DNA of 64,000 nucleotides from an uncultured delta proteobacterium (GTDB taxonomy: Bacteria; Desulfobacterota; Binatia; JACPRU01): contig CAVUWD010000013.1 of assembly GCA_963745025.1 (NCBI GenBank), forward strand, positions 32,001-96,000. Reading direction: 5' to 3'. Numbering within the stretch: the stretch's first letter is position 1; each line of letters starts with the position of its first letter. The notes beneath the pieces were generated by a model. That model ran no database searches. It was not told where the DNA came from and worked only from the letters and a program-made list of their open reading frames with translations. Below are positions 29,098 through 38,770 of this stretch, one piece after another. The translations under genes were made by a program, and so were the position numbers.

Positions 29098-30783
29098 ACT
29101 CGGCGGCGGCCGGTTCGAGGGCGCGATCCGGAGCAGGTGAATCGCCATGGAGCGCCGCGCGAAAACTCGCGCGTACCCCGACGCGACGGTCTCGGCGTCG
29201 GCGAGCCAATGGGGGGGAACCTCAGAGGCCAGCGAGTCGGGAACGATCAGATAGAACGGCTGCGCGGGCCGATCGACATCGGGGTCGCGGAGCGTCGGAA
29301 TGCGGCGCTCGGCGTAGAGCGCGACCGCCGGAAGCGGCCGGCGGAAGAAGAGCACCTGCTCGTCTGCGCCGACGTGGTCTCGGATCTCCTGCGCAAACCG
29401 CTTGAGGGAGTGACAGTCGGCGAGAAGGCCCCCGACTTGATCTGCCAGCATCACGAACGCAGCCATCAAGGCGAGCGAGAAGGCGAGCCCGGCGCCCCAG
29501 TGCCGCCACCGAGCTGCCGAGGCGAGGCCCCAGACGGAGCACGAGAACAAGCAGAGGCTCGGGATCGAAATCAGCGGTTGGCCGCGGATTCCGCTGGCGA
29601 CGGCTTGAACGTCGCAGGTCGCGCCGCGGACCGCGAAGGCCGCGAGCCAGAGGAGAACGCTCGCCGCGAGCAGGCACCCGGCCCGCCACCGCGAAAGACC
29701 GAAATCGAAGGGTTCGGAGGCAAGCGAGGCGTGCACCCGCTCGAAGATCCAAGCCGCCGCGAGCAGCGCTGCGGCTGGCGCGAGCGGCAACAGGTAATAG
29801 GGCGACTTCCGCGACACGAGCGTGAAGAACGCGAGGCCGGCGACGAGCCAGACGGCGAAGAATCGCAACGGTGACTGCCCAGGCGCCGGCTTCCGCAAGG
29901 CGAGAAGAGCCCCCGGGAGCAGAACGCTCCAGGGAAACATCTTCGAGAAGAGCGGCGCTGCGTAGTAGACGAGATGCGCCGCCAGCGGGGTCTTGCCCGA
30001 GCCGCTGTCGGAGATGCCGCCTCCGCCGAAGAGGTGATGCAGGTTCTCGCCGACGAGCTGTTCGTCGACGAACCGCGCGCCCCAGTGCGCGGCGGCGATC
30101 GCGTACCAGCTTCCGCCAATGACGAAGAGCGCGGCGACGGAAGGATGGACGAGCTCGCGCAGCCGGCGCGCATCGCGCTCGACGAGCGCCGCCGAGACGA
30201 CGATGACCGCGACGAGCCCGAGCCCGGCGCCGCCCTTGGCGAGCACCGCGAGGCCGAGAAGCGACCAGAAGAGCCAGCGGGCGGGGTGCGACATCGGCGG
30301 GGCGCGCGCGGGGCCGACGAGGAGAAGGCAGGCCGTTACCAGGAACGTCAGCACCATGTCGCAGCGTCCGATGCGCGATTCCCCGACCATGATCGGCATC
30401 GTCGCGAGCATGGCACCGGCGAGCGCGGCCGGACCAAGACCGACCGCCGGCGCGGCGCCCGCGACGGTGATCGCGACGGTCGCCGCCCCCGCCACCGCCG
30501 AAGGCACTCGCAGGCTCGCTTCGTCGACGCGGCCGCGCATCTTCGAGACCGCCGCCGCGGCCCAGTAGAAGAGGGGCGGCTTCGGTGGAAGATACTGGCC
30601 GTTGAATTCGGGAAACATCCAGTCCCCGGTCCGTCTCATTTCCCAGACGATCCCCGCGTCGAGGGACTCATCGTCACCGACGAAATCGCCGATCCCGATG
30701 CCGGGAAGGTATAGCGCGAGCGCGAAGAGACCGGTCGCCAGCGCCAGCGAAAGTCGAGCACGAAGGCCGGGGGGATGCGTCAC
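28993..30783 (-). CDS. ArnT-like GT-C glycosyltransferase 2
   Basis: GDDES, PKPPLFYW, LRVPSA, AKG and KSPYYLLP. Confidence 0.88.
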   Translation of the reverse strand: MTHPPGLRARLSLALATGLFALALYLPGIGIGDFVGDDESLDAGIVWEMRRTGDWMFPEFNGQYLPPKPPLFYWAAAAVSKMRGRVDEASLRVPSAVAGAATVAITVAGAAPAVGLGPAALAGAMLATMPIMVGESRIGRCDMVLTFLVTACLLLVGPARAPPMSHPARWLFWSLLGLAVLAKGGAGLGLVAVIVVSAALVERDARRLRELVHPSVAALFVIGGSWYAIAAAHWGARFVDEQLVGENLHHLFGGGGISDSGSGKTPLAAHLVYYAAPLFSKMFPWSVLLPGALLALRKPAPGQSPLRFFAVWLVAGLAFFTLVSRKSPYYLLPLAPAAALLAAAWIFERVHASLASEPFDFGLSRWRAGCLLAASVLLWLAAFAVRGATCDVQAVASGIRGQPLISIPSLCLFSCSVWGLASAARWRHWGAGLAFSLALMAAFVMLADQVGGLLADCHSLKRFAQEIRDHVGADEQVLFFRRPLPAVALYAERRIPTLRDPDVDRPAQPFYLIVPDSLASEVPPHWLADAETVASGYARVFARRSMAIHLLRIAPSNRPPPSSRDEGNDIPIRALPGPEEARDSRSLHEHLRRRDL

Positions 30784-30835
30784 AGATCGCTCCCGTTGGT
30801 TGTGAACCGTCTCCGGCCGGAGCAGCGTGCCGAGC
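30776..30835. repeat. REP-like dispersed repeat, copy 1 (degenerate)
   Basis: First 21 nt (TGCGTCACAGATCGCTCCCGT) are identical to 33616 onward; also shares CCGTCTCCGGCCG and TGCCGAGC. Confidence 0.7.
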
Positions 30836-30848
30836 CAGCCCCCGCAGC

Positions 30849-32594
30849 ATGTCCTGCGTCGCTCATGGCGGCGCCATTTGTACCCGCTCCCGGAAGCAAG
30901 TACACACCCTCCTCGTGCTTCGTTGGCTCGTGGTCTCGCTGGTCGCGCTGCTCGTCTATCTCCCGGGGGGGAGTGAGCGCTTCTCCAACACGGCCGAATG
31001 CCAGGAGGCGCTCGTCGTGTGGGAGATGGTGGACAGCGGGGACTGGGTGCTGCCGCGAATCAACGGCGAGCAGATTCCCTCGAAGCCACCGCTCTATCAC
31101 TGGATCGCCATCGGCTTTGCCAAGCTGACCGGCGGCGTCAGCGAGCTCTCGGCCCGTCTACCGTCAATGGTCACGGCTGCGGCTACCGTAGGCTTGGTAT
31201 TCGTGGCCGGCTCGGCGGAGTGGGGGGCCGTCGCAGGGACGGTCGGTGCGGTGGTGCTCGCCACGTCTCCGGAATGGGTCAAATGGGCGACCACGGCTCG
31301 GACGGACGCAACGTTCGTGTTCTTCCTGACCTGCGCTTTCCTGCTCGGCGAGCGCTGGCTCCGCAGCGGCCGATCGAGCGCGCTCGTCGGGCTCGCCGCC
31401 GCCACCGGGGCGGCGACCCTCGCCAAGGGCTTTGCCGGGGCCGCGCTCGTCGGCGTCGTCCTCGTCGTCGAGATCTGGCGCCGGGGCGAATGGCGGCTCC
31501 TCCGCCTTCGTGACCTCGCGGCCGCCAGCGTGATCTTCTCCGCGATCGCCTGCAGCTGGTATGCGGCGGCGCTCGCGCACGCGGGGGGCGCCTTCTTTCA
31601 GAAGCAGATCATCCTCGAAAACGTGCTCCGCTTCTTCCCCTACGAGAAGGGCGGCCCGAGCCGTCGGCACTCGCGGCTCTTCTACGTGCCGATGCTCTTC
31701 ACGGGCATGCTGCCGTGGAGCCTCGCGCTACCGGCGGCGCTCTGGCGCGGTGTGGGCGAGCGCGCCCCGACGGCTCGAAGCTCGGGCTTTTCCGGCTATC
31801 TCGTCGGCTGGCTGACGATCGTCTTTCTCGTCTGCACCGCAGCATCGGGCAAGCGCACCAACTACTTGTTGCCGCTCTATCCCGCGGCGGCGCTGCTCAT
31901 CGGCCGCGAGCTGTCGGTCTTGTTGGACCGAAGCCCCTCGCGGGCACCGTCGAGAGCGCTCTCGATTGCCGGCGTGCTGGCGGCGTTGGTCGCTCTGCTG
32001 GTTGCGTCGCTACTCGTCGCCTGGCGTCTCGGCCTCGCGCCTTGGCAACCGCTGATTCCCTTCCTCCACCCGCAAGACCGTGTGCTGCTGCCGCGGATAA
32101 TCGATCGCCTCGGCCCGCCGAACGCAATCGTCGTCGCGCCGGCGATCGTGATCGCTCTGGCGCTTTCGGCTGTGACTCTCCAGCGTGCGTGGCGGGGGCT
32201 CTACGTTCTCATCGGCTCGACGGCGGTGCTCCTGACTCTGGCGGGATGCTCCATCGCGAACGTTCTGGAGGCCGAGCTGAAATCGTTCGCGCCGTTCACC
32301 GAGCGCGTGGCCTCGACGGTCGGTGCGGCGCCGCTCGCCTTCTTCCGCGCGCCGGACCTCGCCGTGCTCTTCTATCTCCGCCGACACGTCGCCGTGGAGA
32401 GCGGAGCGTTCGCCACGATTCACCGGCCGGGATGGGCGCTCGTCTGGCAGAAGGACTGGGATGCGCTCGCGGCGACGGATCGCGACCCCGCCGAGATCCT
32501 CGACACGAGCCCGCCGGCGTCCGTGGGGCGACCGGATACGCGGCTGCTGCTCGTTCGCCTCGGTGAGCGCGCCCATCGCCCGACTCCACCTTGA
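30849..32594 (+). CDS. ArnT-like GT-C glycosyltransferase 3
   Basis: GDWVLPRING..IPSKPPLYHW, ARLPS, AKG and KRTNYLLP. Start is uncertain. Confidence 0.88.
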   Translation: MSCVAHGGAICTRSRKQVHTLLVLRWLVVSLVALLVYLPGGSERFSNTAECQEALVVWEMVDSGDWVLPRINGEQIPSKPPLYHWIAIGFAKLTGGVSELSARLPSMVTAAATVGLVFVAGSAEWGAVAGTVGAVVLATSPEWVKWATTARTDATFVFFLTCAFLLGERWLRSGRSSALVGLAAATGAATLAKGFAGAALVGVVLVVEIWRRGEWRLLRLRDLAAASVIFSAIACSWYAAALAHAGGAFFQKQIILENVLRFFPYEKGGPSRRHSRLFYVPMLFTGMLPWSLALPAALWRGVGERAPTARSSGFSGYLVGWLTIVFLVCTAASGKRTNYLLPLYPAAALLIGRELSVLLDRSPSRAPSRALSIAGVLAALVALLVASLLVAWRLGLAPWQPLIPFLHPQDRVLLPRIIDRLGPPNAIVVAPAIVIALALSAVTLQRAWRGLYVLIGSTAVLLTLAGCSIANVLEAELKSFAPFTERVASTVGAAPLAFFRAPDLAVLFYLRRHVAVESGAFATIHRPGWALVWQKDWDALAATDRDPAEILDTSPPASVGRPDTRLLLVRLGERAHRPTPP

Positions 32595-32638
32595 ACCCCC
32601 CTACCCCGTGTGGTAGCCCGACCCAGTTTCTCGACGCC

Positions 32639-33034
32639 ATGCATAAAATCAAGGTCGAAACCGCCGGCCCACGGGAGATCGTCGACGTGACGGCGTCGGT
32701 CAGTCGGTTGCTTCGCGAAATCGGGGTGATGAAGGGGGTTTGTCACCTGTTCGTGCCGCACACGACCGCCGGGATCACGATCAACGAGAACACCGACCCG
32801 AACGTGCGCCGCGACATGCTCCAAGCGCTCGAGCGCATGGTGCCCGCGAACGGCGAGTATCTTCACGCCGAAGGGAATTCCGCGGCGCACATCCTCGCCA
32901 GCCTGGTCGGTAGCTCGACGATGGCGTTCGTCGAGAACGGCAAGCTCGTGCTCGGCGCGTGGCAGGCGATTTATCTCTGCGAGTTCGATGGGCCGCGAAC
33001 CCGCACGGTGCTGATCCGGGTTCTACCCGAATAA
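32639..33034 (+). CDS. yjbQ: YjbQ/UPF0047 family protein
   Basis: PHTTAGITINEN.DP, GNSAAH and LGAWQAIYLCEFDGPR. Confidence 0.92.
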   Translation: MHKIKVETAGPREIVDVTASVSRLLREIGVMKGVCHLFVPHTTAGITINENTDPNVRRDMLQALERMVPANGEYLHAEGNSAAHILASLVGSSTMAFVENGKLVLGAWQAIYLCEFDGPRTRTVLIRVLPE

Positions 33035-33043
33035 TCCTTTCGC

Positions 33044-33604
33044 ATGTCTCGTCTCATCAAGCGCTACGGGAACCGCAAGCTCTACGACACGCAAGAGAGC
33101 CGCTACGTCACGCTCGAGGCGATCGCCTCCTTCGTCAAGCAGGGCGAGGAAGTGCAAGTCGTCGATAACGACAGTGGCGAGGATCTGACCGCGGTCACCT
33201 TCGCGCAGATCATCCTCGAGGAGGAGCGCCGCAAGAACGGCCTGCTGCCGCTGCCGATCTTGCGCAGCATCATTCAGCAAGGGGAAGCGACACTGCAGGA
33301 TATCGCCACGCGCGTCGACCGCGGGATGGAGGCGATCGGATCGATCGGCGAAAAGGCCGGCAAGCGCGTTCAAGAGCTCGTTGGGCGGGGAGCGCCGCAA
33401 GGGAAGGCGCTCCTTGAAGACCTGCTCGCCTCCCCGCAGCGGCAGCTCGAAGCCCTGCAGAAGCGGATCGACGAGCGCGTGAAGAAGTCCGTCGAGCGCT
33501 TCACCTCTCTGCCCGCCGTTCAGAAGGAGCTCTCTCGCATCGAGAAGAGCATCGCGCGACTCGAGGAGCGGCTCGGGAAGCTGCGCGGGCAGAACAGGTC
33601 GTAG
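33044..33604 (+). CDS. PhaR-like regulator (PHA synthesis regulator DNA-binding domain)
   Basis: IKRYGNRKLYDT..SRYVTL and GEDLT. Confidence 0.85.
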   Translation: MSRLIKRYGNRKLYDTQESRYVTLEAIASFVKQGEEVQVVDNDSGEDLTAVTFAQIILEEERRKNGLLPLPILRSIIQQGEATLQDIATRVDRGMEAIGSIGEKAGKRVQELVGRGAPQGKALLEDLLASPQRQLEALQKRIDERVKKSVERFTSLPAVQKELSRIEKSIARLEERLGKLRGQNRS

Positions 33605-33615
33605 CGCCGGCAGTC

Positions 33616-33715
33616 TGCGTCACAGATCGCTCCCGTCGGTCGCGATCCCGTCTCCGGCCGCGTAGGCTGCCGAGCGAGGAGGGTGCGTCACGGATCGCGC
33701 CCGACGGGCGCGATC
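33616..33715. repeat. REP-like repeat, copies 2 and 3, between convergent genes
   Basis: TGCGTCAC.GATCGC at 33616 and 33684. Perfect hairpin GATCGCGCCC-GAC-GGGCGCGATC at 33693-33715. Confidence 0.75.
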
Positions 33716-33763
33716 AAAGGGGATGCAACATCCTCCCGAGCTAGCGTCCCGCAACGACTAGGA

Positions 33764-34603
33764 CTAGCGGTTCAAGAACACCGGGCAAGGCGCGTTCCGC
33801 AGCACGTACTCCGTCGTGCTGCCGAGCACCATCTCGACGATGCGGCTGTGGCCGTAGGCGCCGATGAAGAGCAGGTCATGCCCCTCGCTGCGGATCGCGG
33901 CGACGATTCGCTCCGGGGCGTGCCCCGACAAGGAGGCGAACGAGGTTTGGATCGTGTACGACGCGAGGTAGCGCTTGGCTTCGTCGAGGACGCGCGTCCC
34001 CGTCGCCTCGTCGCGCGCCACGTGAGCCACCGTGAGCGGCAGTGCGAAGGACACGCAGAAGTCGGCGGCCGCCTGCATTGCGCTCGCCGAGCGTTGGCTG
34101 CCGTCGTAGGCGAGGAGCGGCTTCTGAATACCGCCCTTCCATTCCGTCGGGCAGACGAGCAGCGGCTTCGGGCACTTCCGCGTCACGCTCTCGGCGGTGC
34201 CGCCGAGCAGCCCGGTCGAGAACTTCTCGTTGACGCCGCGATGTCCGATGACCACGACGTCCGCCGTCCGTGCCCGCTCGCAGATCTCGTTGGCGATGAC
34301 GCCCACGTCCATCAACGTCTCGAAGCGCACGCCGGCCTCGGCGGCGCGTTCGGAAAACTCGGCGAGCATGGCGCGGCCGCGCTCCTCCAGCACCTCTCGC
34401 ATCTTCGACGAGAAGTCGAGGTACGGCTCGAACCCGAGCGAGCCGGAGATGTCGTGGAGGAACGAGCCCTCGATCGAGACGATGTCGATGACGTGGAGCG
34501 CGGTCACGCTGGCGTTCACGCGTCCGGCGATCCAGAGCGCATGCTCGGTTGCCGAGCGGGCATGCTCCGAGCCGTCGATCGCGACGAGAATGTTCTTGAT
34601 CAT
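33764..34603 (-). CDS. Universal stress protein (tandem USP domains)
   Basis: ILVAIDGS, LLGGTAESV, LLAYDGS and GAYGHSR..LGSTTE. Confidence 0.93.
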   Translation of the reverse strand: MIKNILVAIDGSEHARSATEHALWIAGRVNASVTALHVIDIVSIEGSFLHDISGSLGFEPYLDFSSKMREVLEERGRAMLAEFSERAAEAGVRFETLMDVGVIANEICERARTADVVVIGHRGVNEKFSTGLLGGTAESVTRKCPKPLLVCPTEWKGGIQKPLLAYDGSQRSASAMQAAADFCVSFALPLTVAHVARDEATGTRVLDEAKRYLASYTIQTSFASLSGHAPERIVAAIRSEGHDLLFIGAYGHSRIVEMVLGSTTEYVLRNAPCPVFLNR

Positions 34604-34687
34604 CTCCGCTCACTCGCCTGTTACCACCGGCACCTCCGAGCGGCAAGCAACGGAGCCGGCCCCGCAGGCGTCCTGGGTAGCCGCTTG

Positions 34688-34717
34688 CTTTACAAAGTTC
34701 GGACCACCCTTTACAAA
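34688..34717. promoter_or_regulatory. Candidate operator: CTTTACAAA direct repeat with 21-bp period
   Basis: Copies at 34688-34696 and 34709-34717 in the divergent intergenic region. Confidence 0.4.
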
Positions 34718-34723
34718 CGAGCA

Positions 34724-35053
34724 GTGGCCAGGCGAGAGCGTCCGAACGCCGCGCGACGATCGAGTTACAAGATCGAAGCCGTCCTCGAAGAGCTGAAGGG
34801 ACTCGCTACACGTGTGGGTCTCGAGGTCCGAGAGGAGCGGCTGCTGCGCGAGATCGGCTATCAGGTGCGCAGCGGCTCTTGCCGCGTCCGCGGGCAGAAC
34901 ATCCTGTTTCTCGATCGCGACCTGCCGCCGGCGGGGAGGTTGGAGGTGCTGCTCGAGGAGCTGTCGCGGCGCGATCTCGGAGAGGTTTACGTCTCGCCGG
35001 AGCTGCGCCGGATTCTCGGCAAGGACGAGCGGTCCGGCGCCGAGAGCCCGTGA
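34724..35053 (+). CDS. Hypothetical protein coupled to fur
   Basis: LEELKGLA..GLEVREE..SGSCRVRG..VYVSPELR. Its stop overlaps the fur GTG. Confidence 0.7.
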   Translation: MARRERPNAARRSSYKIEAVLEELKGLATRVGLEVREERLLREIGYQVRSGSCRVRGQNILFLDRDLPPAGRLEVLLEELSRRDLGEVYVSPELRRILGKDERSGAESP

Positions 35054-35553
35054 AGCATCCGGCCTCGCCGGCACCGGCAGAGCGTCCCGTGGCGCGGTCT
35101 CTGGAGACCTTTCGCGAGTGGCTGAAGGAGCGCGGTCTCAAGACTACCTCGCAGCGCGAGGACATCGCGCGCGTGTTTCTCTCCGCCGACCGGCACATCA
35201 GCGTCGAGGAGCTCTACGCGGAAGTGAAAAAGGTCAACCCACGGGTCGGCTATGCGACCGTGTATCGCATGCTCCGTCTCCTGAAGGAGTGCGGCCTTGC
35301 GGTAGAGCGTCACTTCAACGACGGGGAGGCGCGCTTCGAGAGGGCGGAAGGCGAGAAGCGCGCCCACGACCACTTCATCTGCGAGCGCTGCGGCCGGATC
35401 ATCGAGTTCTCGAGCTTCGAGATCGCAGCGCTCGACGAGCGCATCGCCAAGAAGCTCGGCGCGGTGATCACACGCCGCCGCCTCGAGCTCTACGGCATCT
35501 GTCGCGAATGCCGCGAGGGCGATGGGCCGTCGCGGCGAAGCGAGGCTCATTGA
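35050..35553 (+). CDS. fur: Fur-family transcriptional regulator
   Basis: GLKTTSQRE, GYATVYR, HDHFICERCG and YGICREC. Confidence 0.9.
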   Translation: MKHPASPAPAERPVARSLETFREWLKERGLKTTSQREDIARVFLSADRHISVEELYAEVKKVNPRVGYATVYRMLRLLKECGLAVERHFNDGEARFERAEGEKRAHDHFICERCGRIIEFSSFEIAALDERIAKKLGAVITRRRLELYGICRECREGDGPSRRSEAH

Positions 35554-36320
35554 AGCCGAAACAGCCGGCGCGTGTTCTCTACGGTGCGCTCGGCCAGTTC
35601 CTCGAGCGGCTGACCTAGCGCGACCGCGAGCCCTTTCGCGACGTCGACGACCCTCGAGGGCTCGTTCCGGCCCCCTCGCCGCGGCTCCGGGGCGAGATAA
35701 GGCGAGTCGGTCTCGACGAGCAGACGATCGAGCGGGACGAGCCGAGCGGCCTCGCGGAGGTCGTCCGCATTGCGGAACGTGACGATGCCGCTGAACGAGA
35801 CGTAGAAGCCGAGATCGACCACGCGCCGCGCGACCTCCGGTCCGTAGGTGAAGCAATGCATGACGCCGCTCTCGACGCCCTCCTCGCGAAGCACCCGCAG
35901 AGTCTCGTCGGCGGCCGCGCGGCTGTGGATCACCAGCGGTAGAGAAGCCTCGCGGGCGAGCGTAGCGAAGCGGCGGAACTCCTCGACCTGCCGCTCGCGC
36001 GGCGAGTGATCGTAATGGAAGTCGAGGCCGGTCTCGCCGATCGCGACGACGCGCGGGTGTCGCGCCCAGCCGCGAATCTTGTCGAGAAGAGAATCGTCGA
36101 CGAGCTTGGCGTCGTGAGGATGGACGCCGACGACGGCGCGACAATCGGGCTCGCGCTCCGCGACCTCGAGCGCGCGGATGTTGGTCTCCACGCTTCCGCC
36201 GGCCGCGGCGACGATCAGCTGGCAAACGCCCGCCGCACGCGCCCGCGCGAGCACCGCGGCACGATCCGCGTCGTACTCCGCTTCGCCGACGTGGCAGTGC
36301 GAATCGATGAGCAAGACCAC
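35547..36320 (-). CDS. tatD: TatD family hydrolase
   Basis: IDSHCH, GVHPH, IGETGLD, HCF and ETDSPYLAP. Confidence 0.95.
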   Translation of the reverse strand: MVLLIDSHCHVGEAEYDADRAAVLARARAAGVCQLIVAAAGGSVETNIRALEVAEREPDCRAVVGVHPHDAKLVDDSLLDKIRGWARHPRVVAIGETGLDFHYDHSPRERQVEEFRRFATLAREASLPLVIHSRAAADETLRVLREEGVESGVMHCFTYGPEVARRVVDLGFYVSFSGIVTFRNADDLREAARLVPLDRLLVETDSPYLAPEPRRGGRNEPSRVVDVAKGLAVALGQPLEELAERTVENTRRLFRLQ

Positions 36321-36321
36321 G

Positions 36322-37854
36322 TCAGCGCCGCGGCTCGATCCGCGGGAAGAGGACGACGGAAGGCTTCACGTGGTGCTCCGTCGGAAATCCCTCCCCCCAT
36401 GGTCGGCTGGGGCTTCGCAGCGCGCTCTGCGGAAGGTTCAAGAGATCGACGATGCGCGCGGCGGTGTCGGGAACGAACGGCGCCGCGAGCCGAGCGGTTC
36501 GCAGCAGCGACTCGGCGAGATGTCGAAGGATCGCTCCCACGCGCGGCATCTGCTCGGGCGTTTTCGCGAGCGTGAACGGCGCGGTCTCGGCGATGTACTT
36601 GTTGGCGCGATCGGTGGCGCGGAGCAACGCCCCGAGCGCGCGATTGAAGCCGAGAGTCGCCATGTGCTCGTCGATCTCGCGCTCGGTGCTTTCGAAGGCC
36701 TCGGCGAGCTCCCGATCGATCGGTTCGAGAGCGGTAGGCGCGGGCAGTGCGCTCTGGAAGTATCGCGCGAGCATCGACAGCGTGCGGCTCACCAAATTGC
36801 CGACGTTGTTGGCGAGGTCACCGTTGTAGCGATTGACGAGGGTCTCCTCCCGGAAATCGGCGTCGAGACCGAAGACGCTCTCGCGGAGCAGGAAATAGCG
36901 GAACGCATCGTTGCCGTACTTCTCGATCATCGCGCGCGGCGCGATCACGTTGCCGAGGCTCTTCGACATCTTGTCGCCTTCGACCGTCCAGTAGCCGTGC
37001 ACGTTGAGATGGCGGTAGAGCGGGAAGCCCGCGGCCATCAGCATCGTCGGCCAGTAGACGCCGTGCGGCTTCAAGATGTCCTTGGCGATGAAGTGCTCGG
37101 TCGTCGGCCAGTATTCCTGAAAGAACCTCTCGCCTTGGGCAGCAGCGGCGCTCGTGTAGTTGAGCAGCGCATCGAACCACACGTACGTGACGAAATCGCG
37201 GTCGAAGGGGATCTCGATTCCCCAGGCGAGGCGGCTCTTCGGGCGCGAGATACAGAGATCCTCGAGCGGCTCACGGAGAAAGCCCAGGACCTCGTTGCGA
37301 TAGCGCTCGGGCCGGATCCAGTCGGGGTTGGCCGCGATGTGCTCGAGGAGCCGCTGCTGATAGCGGCTCATGCGGAAGAAGTAATTGTTCTCCTTTACGA
37401 ACTTGGGCTCGATCTTGTGATCGGGGCACTTGCCCGCGACGAGCTCTTTCTCCGTGTAGAACCGCTCGCAGCCCGTGCAATAGAGGCCGCCGTACTCGCC
37501 GAAATAGATGTCGCCCCCGCGGTTGACCTCGTCGAGCACGTGCTGGACGAATCGCTGGTGATGCTCGTCCGTGGTGCGGATGAAGTGGTCGTAGGTGAGG
37601 CCGCAGGCGTCCCAGGTGGAGCGGAACAGCGCCGAGATGCGGTCCGCGTAGGCCTTCGGCGTCTCGCCGGCCGCGGCCGCCGCCTCGGCGATCTTGTCGC
37701 CGTGCTCGTCGGTGCCCGTCAAGAAGAAGGTCTCCGTGCCGCGGCTTCGGTAGTAGCGGGCGACCGTGTCGACGACGACCGTGGTGTAGGTGTGACCCAG
37801 GTGCGGCTCGGCGTTGACGTAGTAGATCGGGGTGGTGAGGTAGATGCGATCCAT
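36322..37854 (-). CDS. metG: Methionyl-tRNA synthetase (short form)
   Basis: TTPIYYVN.PHLGH, GTDEHG, YVWFDAL and KMSKS. Confidence 0.97.
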   Translation of the reverse strand: MDRIYLTTPIYYVNAEPHLGHTYTTVVVDTVARYYRSRGTETFFLTGTDEHGDKIAEAAAAAGETPKAYADRISALFRSTWDACGLTYDHFIRTTDEHHQRFVQHVLDEVNRGGDIYFGEYGGLYCTGCERFYTEKELVAGKCPDHKIEPKFVKENNYFFRMSRYQQRLLEHIAANPDWIRPERYRNEVLGFLREPLEDLCISRPKSRLAWGIEIPFDRDFVTYVWFDALLNYTSAAAAQGERFFQEYWPTTEHFIAKDILKPHGVYWPTMLMAAGFPLYRHLNVHGYWTVEGDKMSKSLGNVIAPRAMIEKYGNDAFRYFLLRESVFGLDADFREETLVNRYNGDLANNVGNLVSRTLSMLARYFQSALPAPTALEPIDRELAEAFESTEREIDEHMATLGFNRALGALLRATDRANKYIAETAPFTLAKTPEQMPRVGAILRHLAESLLRTARLAAPFVPDTAARIVDLLNLPQSALRSPSRPWGEGFPTEHHVKPSVVLFPRIEPRR

Positions 37855-37919
37855 GGAGACGGCTACAGGCCACGGGCTACGAGAAACGACTTCATGATTC
37901 CTTTCCGGTAGCCCGTAGC

Positions 37920-38762
37920 CTACTCAGATTTCTTCTCCACGAGATCCTCGAGCGTGGCCTCGACCTCGGCGCCGTCCTCGTCGCGCCGGATGATCACCGA
38001 CTCGCGGATCGGCAGCTGCTTCACGACGACGCCGTCTCCCTTGACGCAAGTGACCCTGCGCCCGACGCCCGGGAGGGCCCGCCGGAGCTCGAGATAGGTC
38101 TCGTATTCGTAGCGGAGGCAGCACTTGAGCCGCCCGCACATCCCGGCGAGCTTCGAGGGGTTCAGCGAAAGATCCTGCTCCTTCGCCATCTTCACCGAGA
38201 TGGCGTGAAACTCGCGGAGCCACGAGGAGCAACAGAGCTCGCGGCCGCAGGGTCCGAGCGCGCCGACGAGCTTGGTCTCGTCGCGCGCGCCGATCTGCTT
38301 CATCTCGACGCGGATGCGCAGGCGCTGTGCGAGCTCCCGCACCAGGTCGCGAAAATCCACGCGGTTCTCGGAGAAGAAGTAGACGGTCGCTTTGCTGCCG
38401 TCGAAGCCGTATTCGACCTTGATGAGCTTCATCGCGAGGCGGCGCGCGTGGATCAGCTCACGCAGCATTTGGTACGCCTCGTGCTCGCGCCGGCGGTTCT
38501 CGTCTTCCCCGGCGAAGTCGCGATCGTCGGCCTTCTTCAGCACCCGCAGGGGCTTCGCCGAGCCAGGCTCGGGTGACCACGGACGCGGCGGTGTGGCCAC
38601 CATCGCCAGCGCCATGCCGCGCTCGGCTTCGACCACGATCGAGTCGCCGACCGCGACGTCGATCGTGCCGGCATCGAAGTCGTAGATCGTGCCCGCGACC
38701 TTGAATTTCACGCCCACCACACGAAGCGGTGTCGCGACTGTTTCGGAAACGTTTTCGTCCAT
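37920..38762 (-). CDS. ricT: PSP1-domain RicT/YaaT family protein
   Basis: RVDFRDLV, GPCGRELCC and KLAGMCGRLKCCLRYE. ATG at 38762. Confidence 0.9.
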   Translation of the reverse strand: MDENVSETVATPLRVVGVKFKVAGTIYDFDAGTIDVAVGDSIVVEAERGMALAMVATPPRPWSPEPGSAKPLRVLKKADDRDFAGEDENRRREHEAYQMLRELIHARRLAMKLIKVEYGFDGSKATVYFFSENRVDFRDLVRELAQRLRIRVEMKQIGARDETKLVGALGPCGRELCCSSWLREFHAISVKMAKEQDLSLNPSKLAGMCGRLKCCLRYEYETYLELRRALPGVGRRVTCVKGDGVVVKQLPIRESVIIRRDEDGAEVEATLEDLVEKKSE

Positions 38763-38770
38763 ATGGGTGC

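Noticed and set aside
33683-35053. 456-aa ORF as one protein
   Set aside because: The first three quarters is antisense to the USP gene; only 34724-35053 looks coding.
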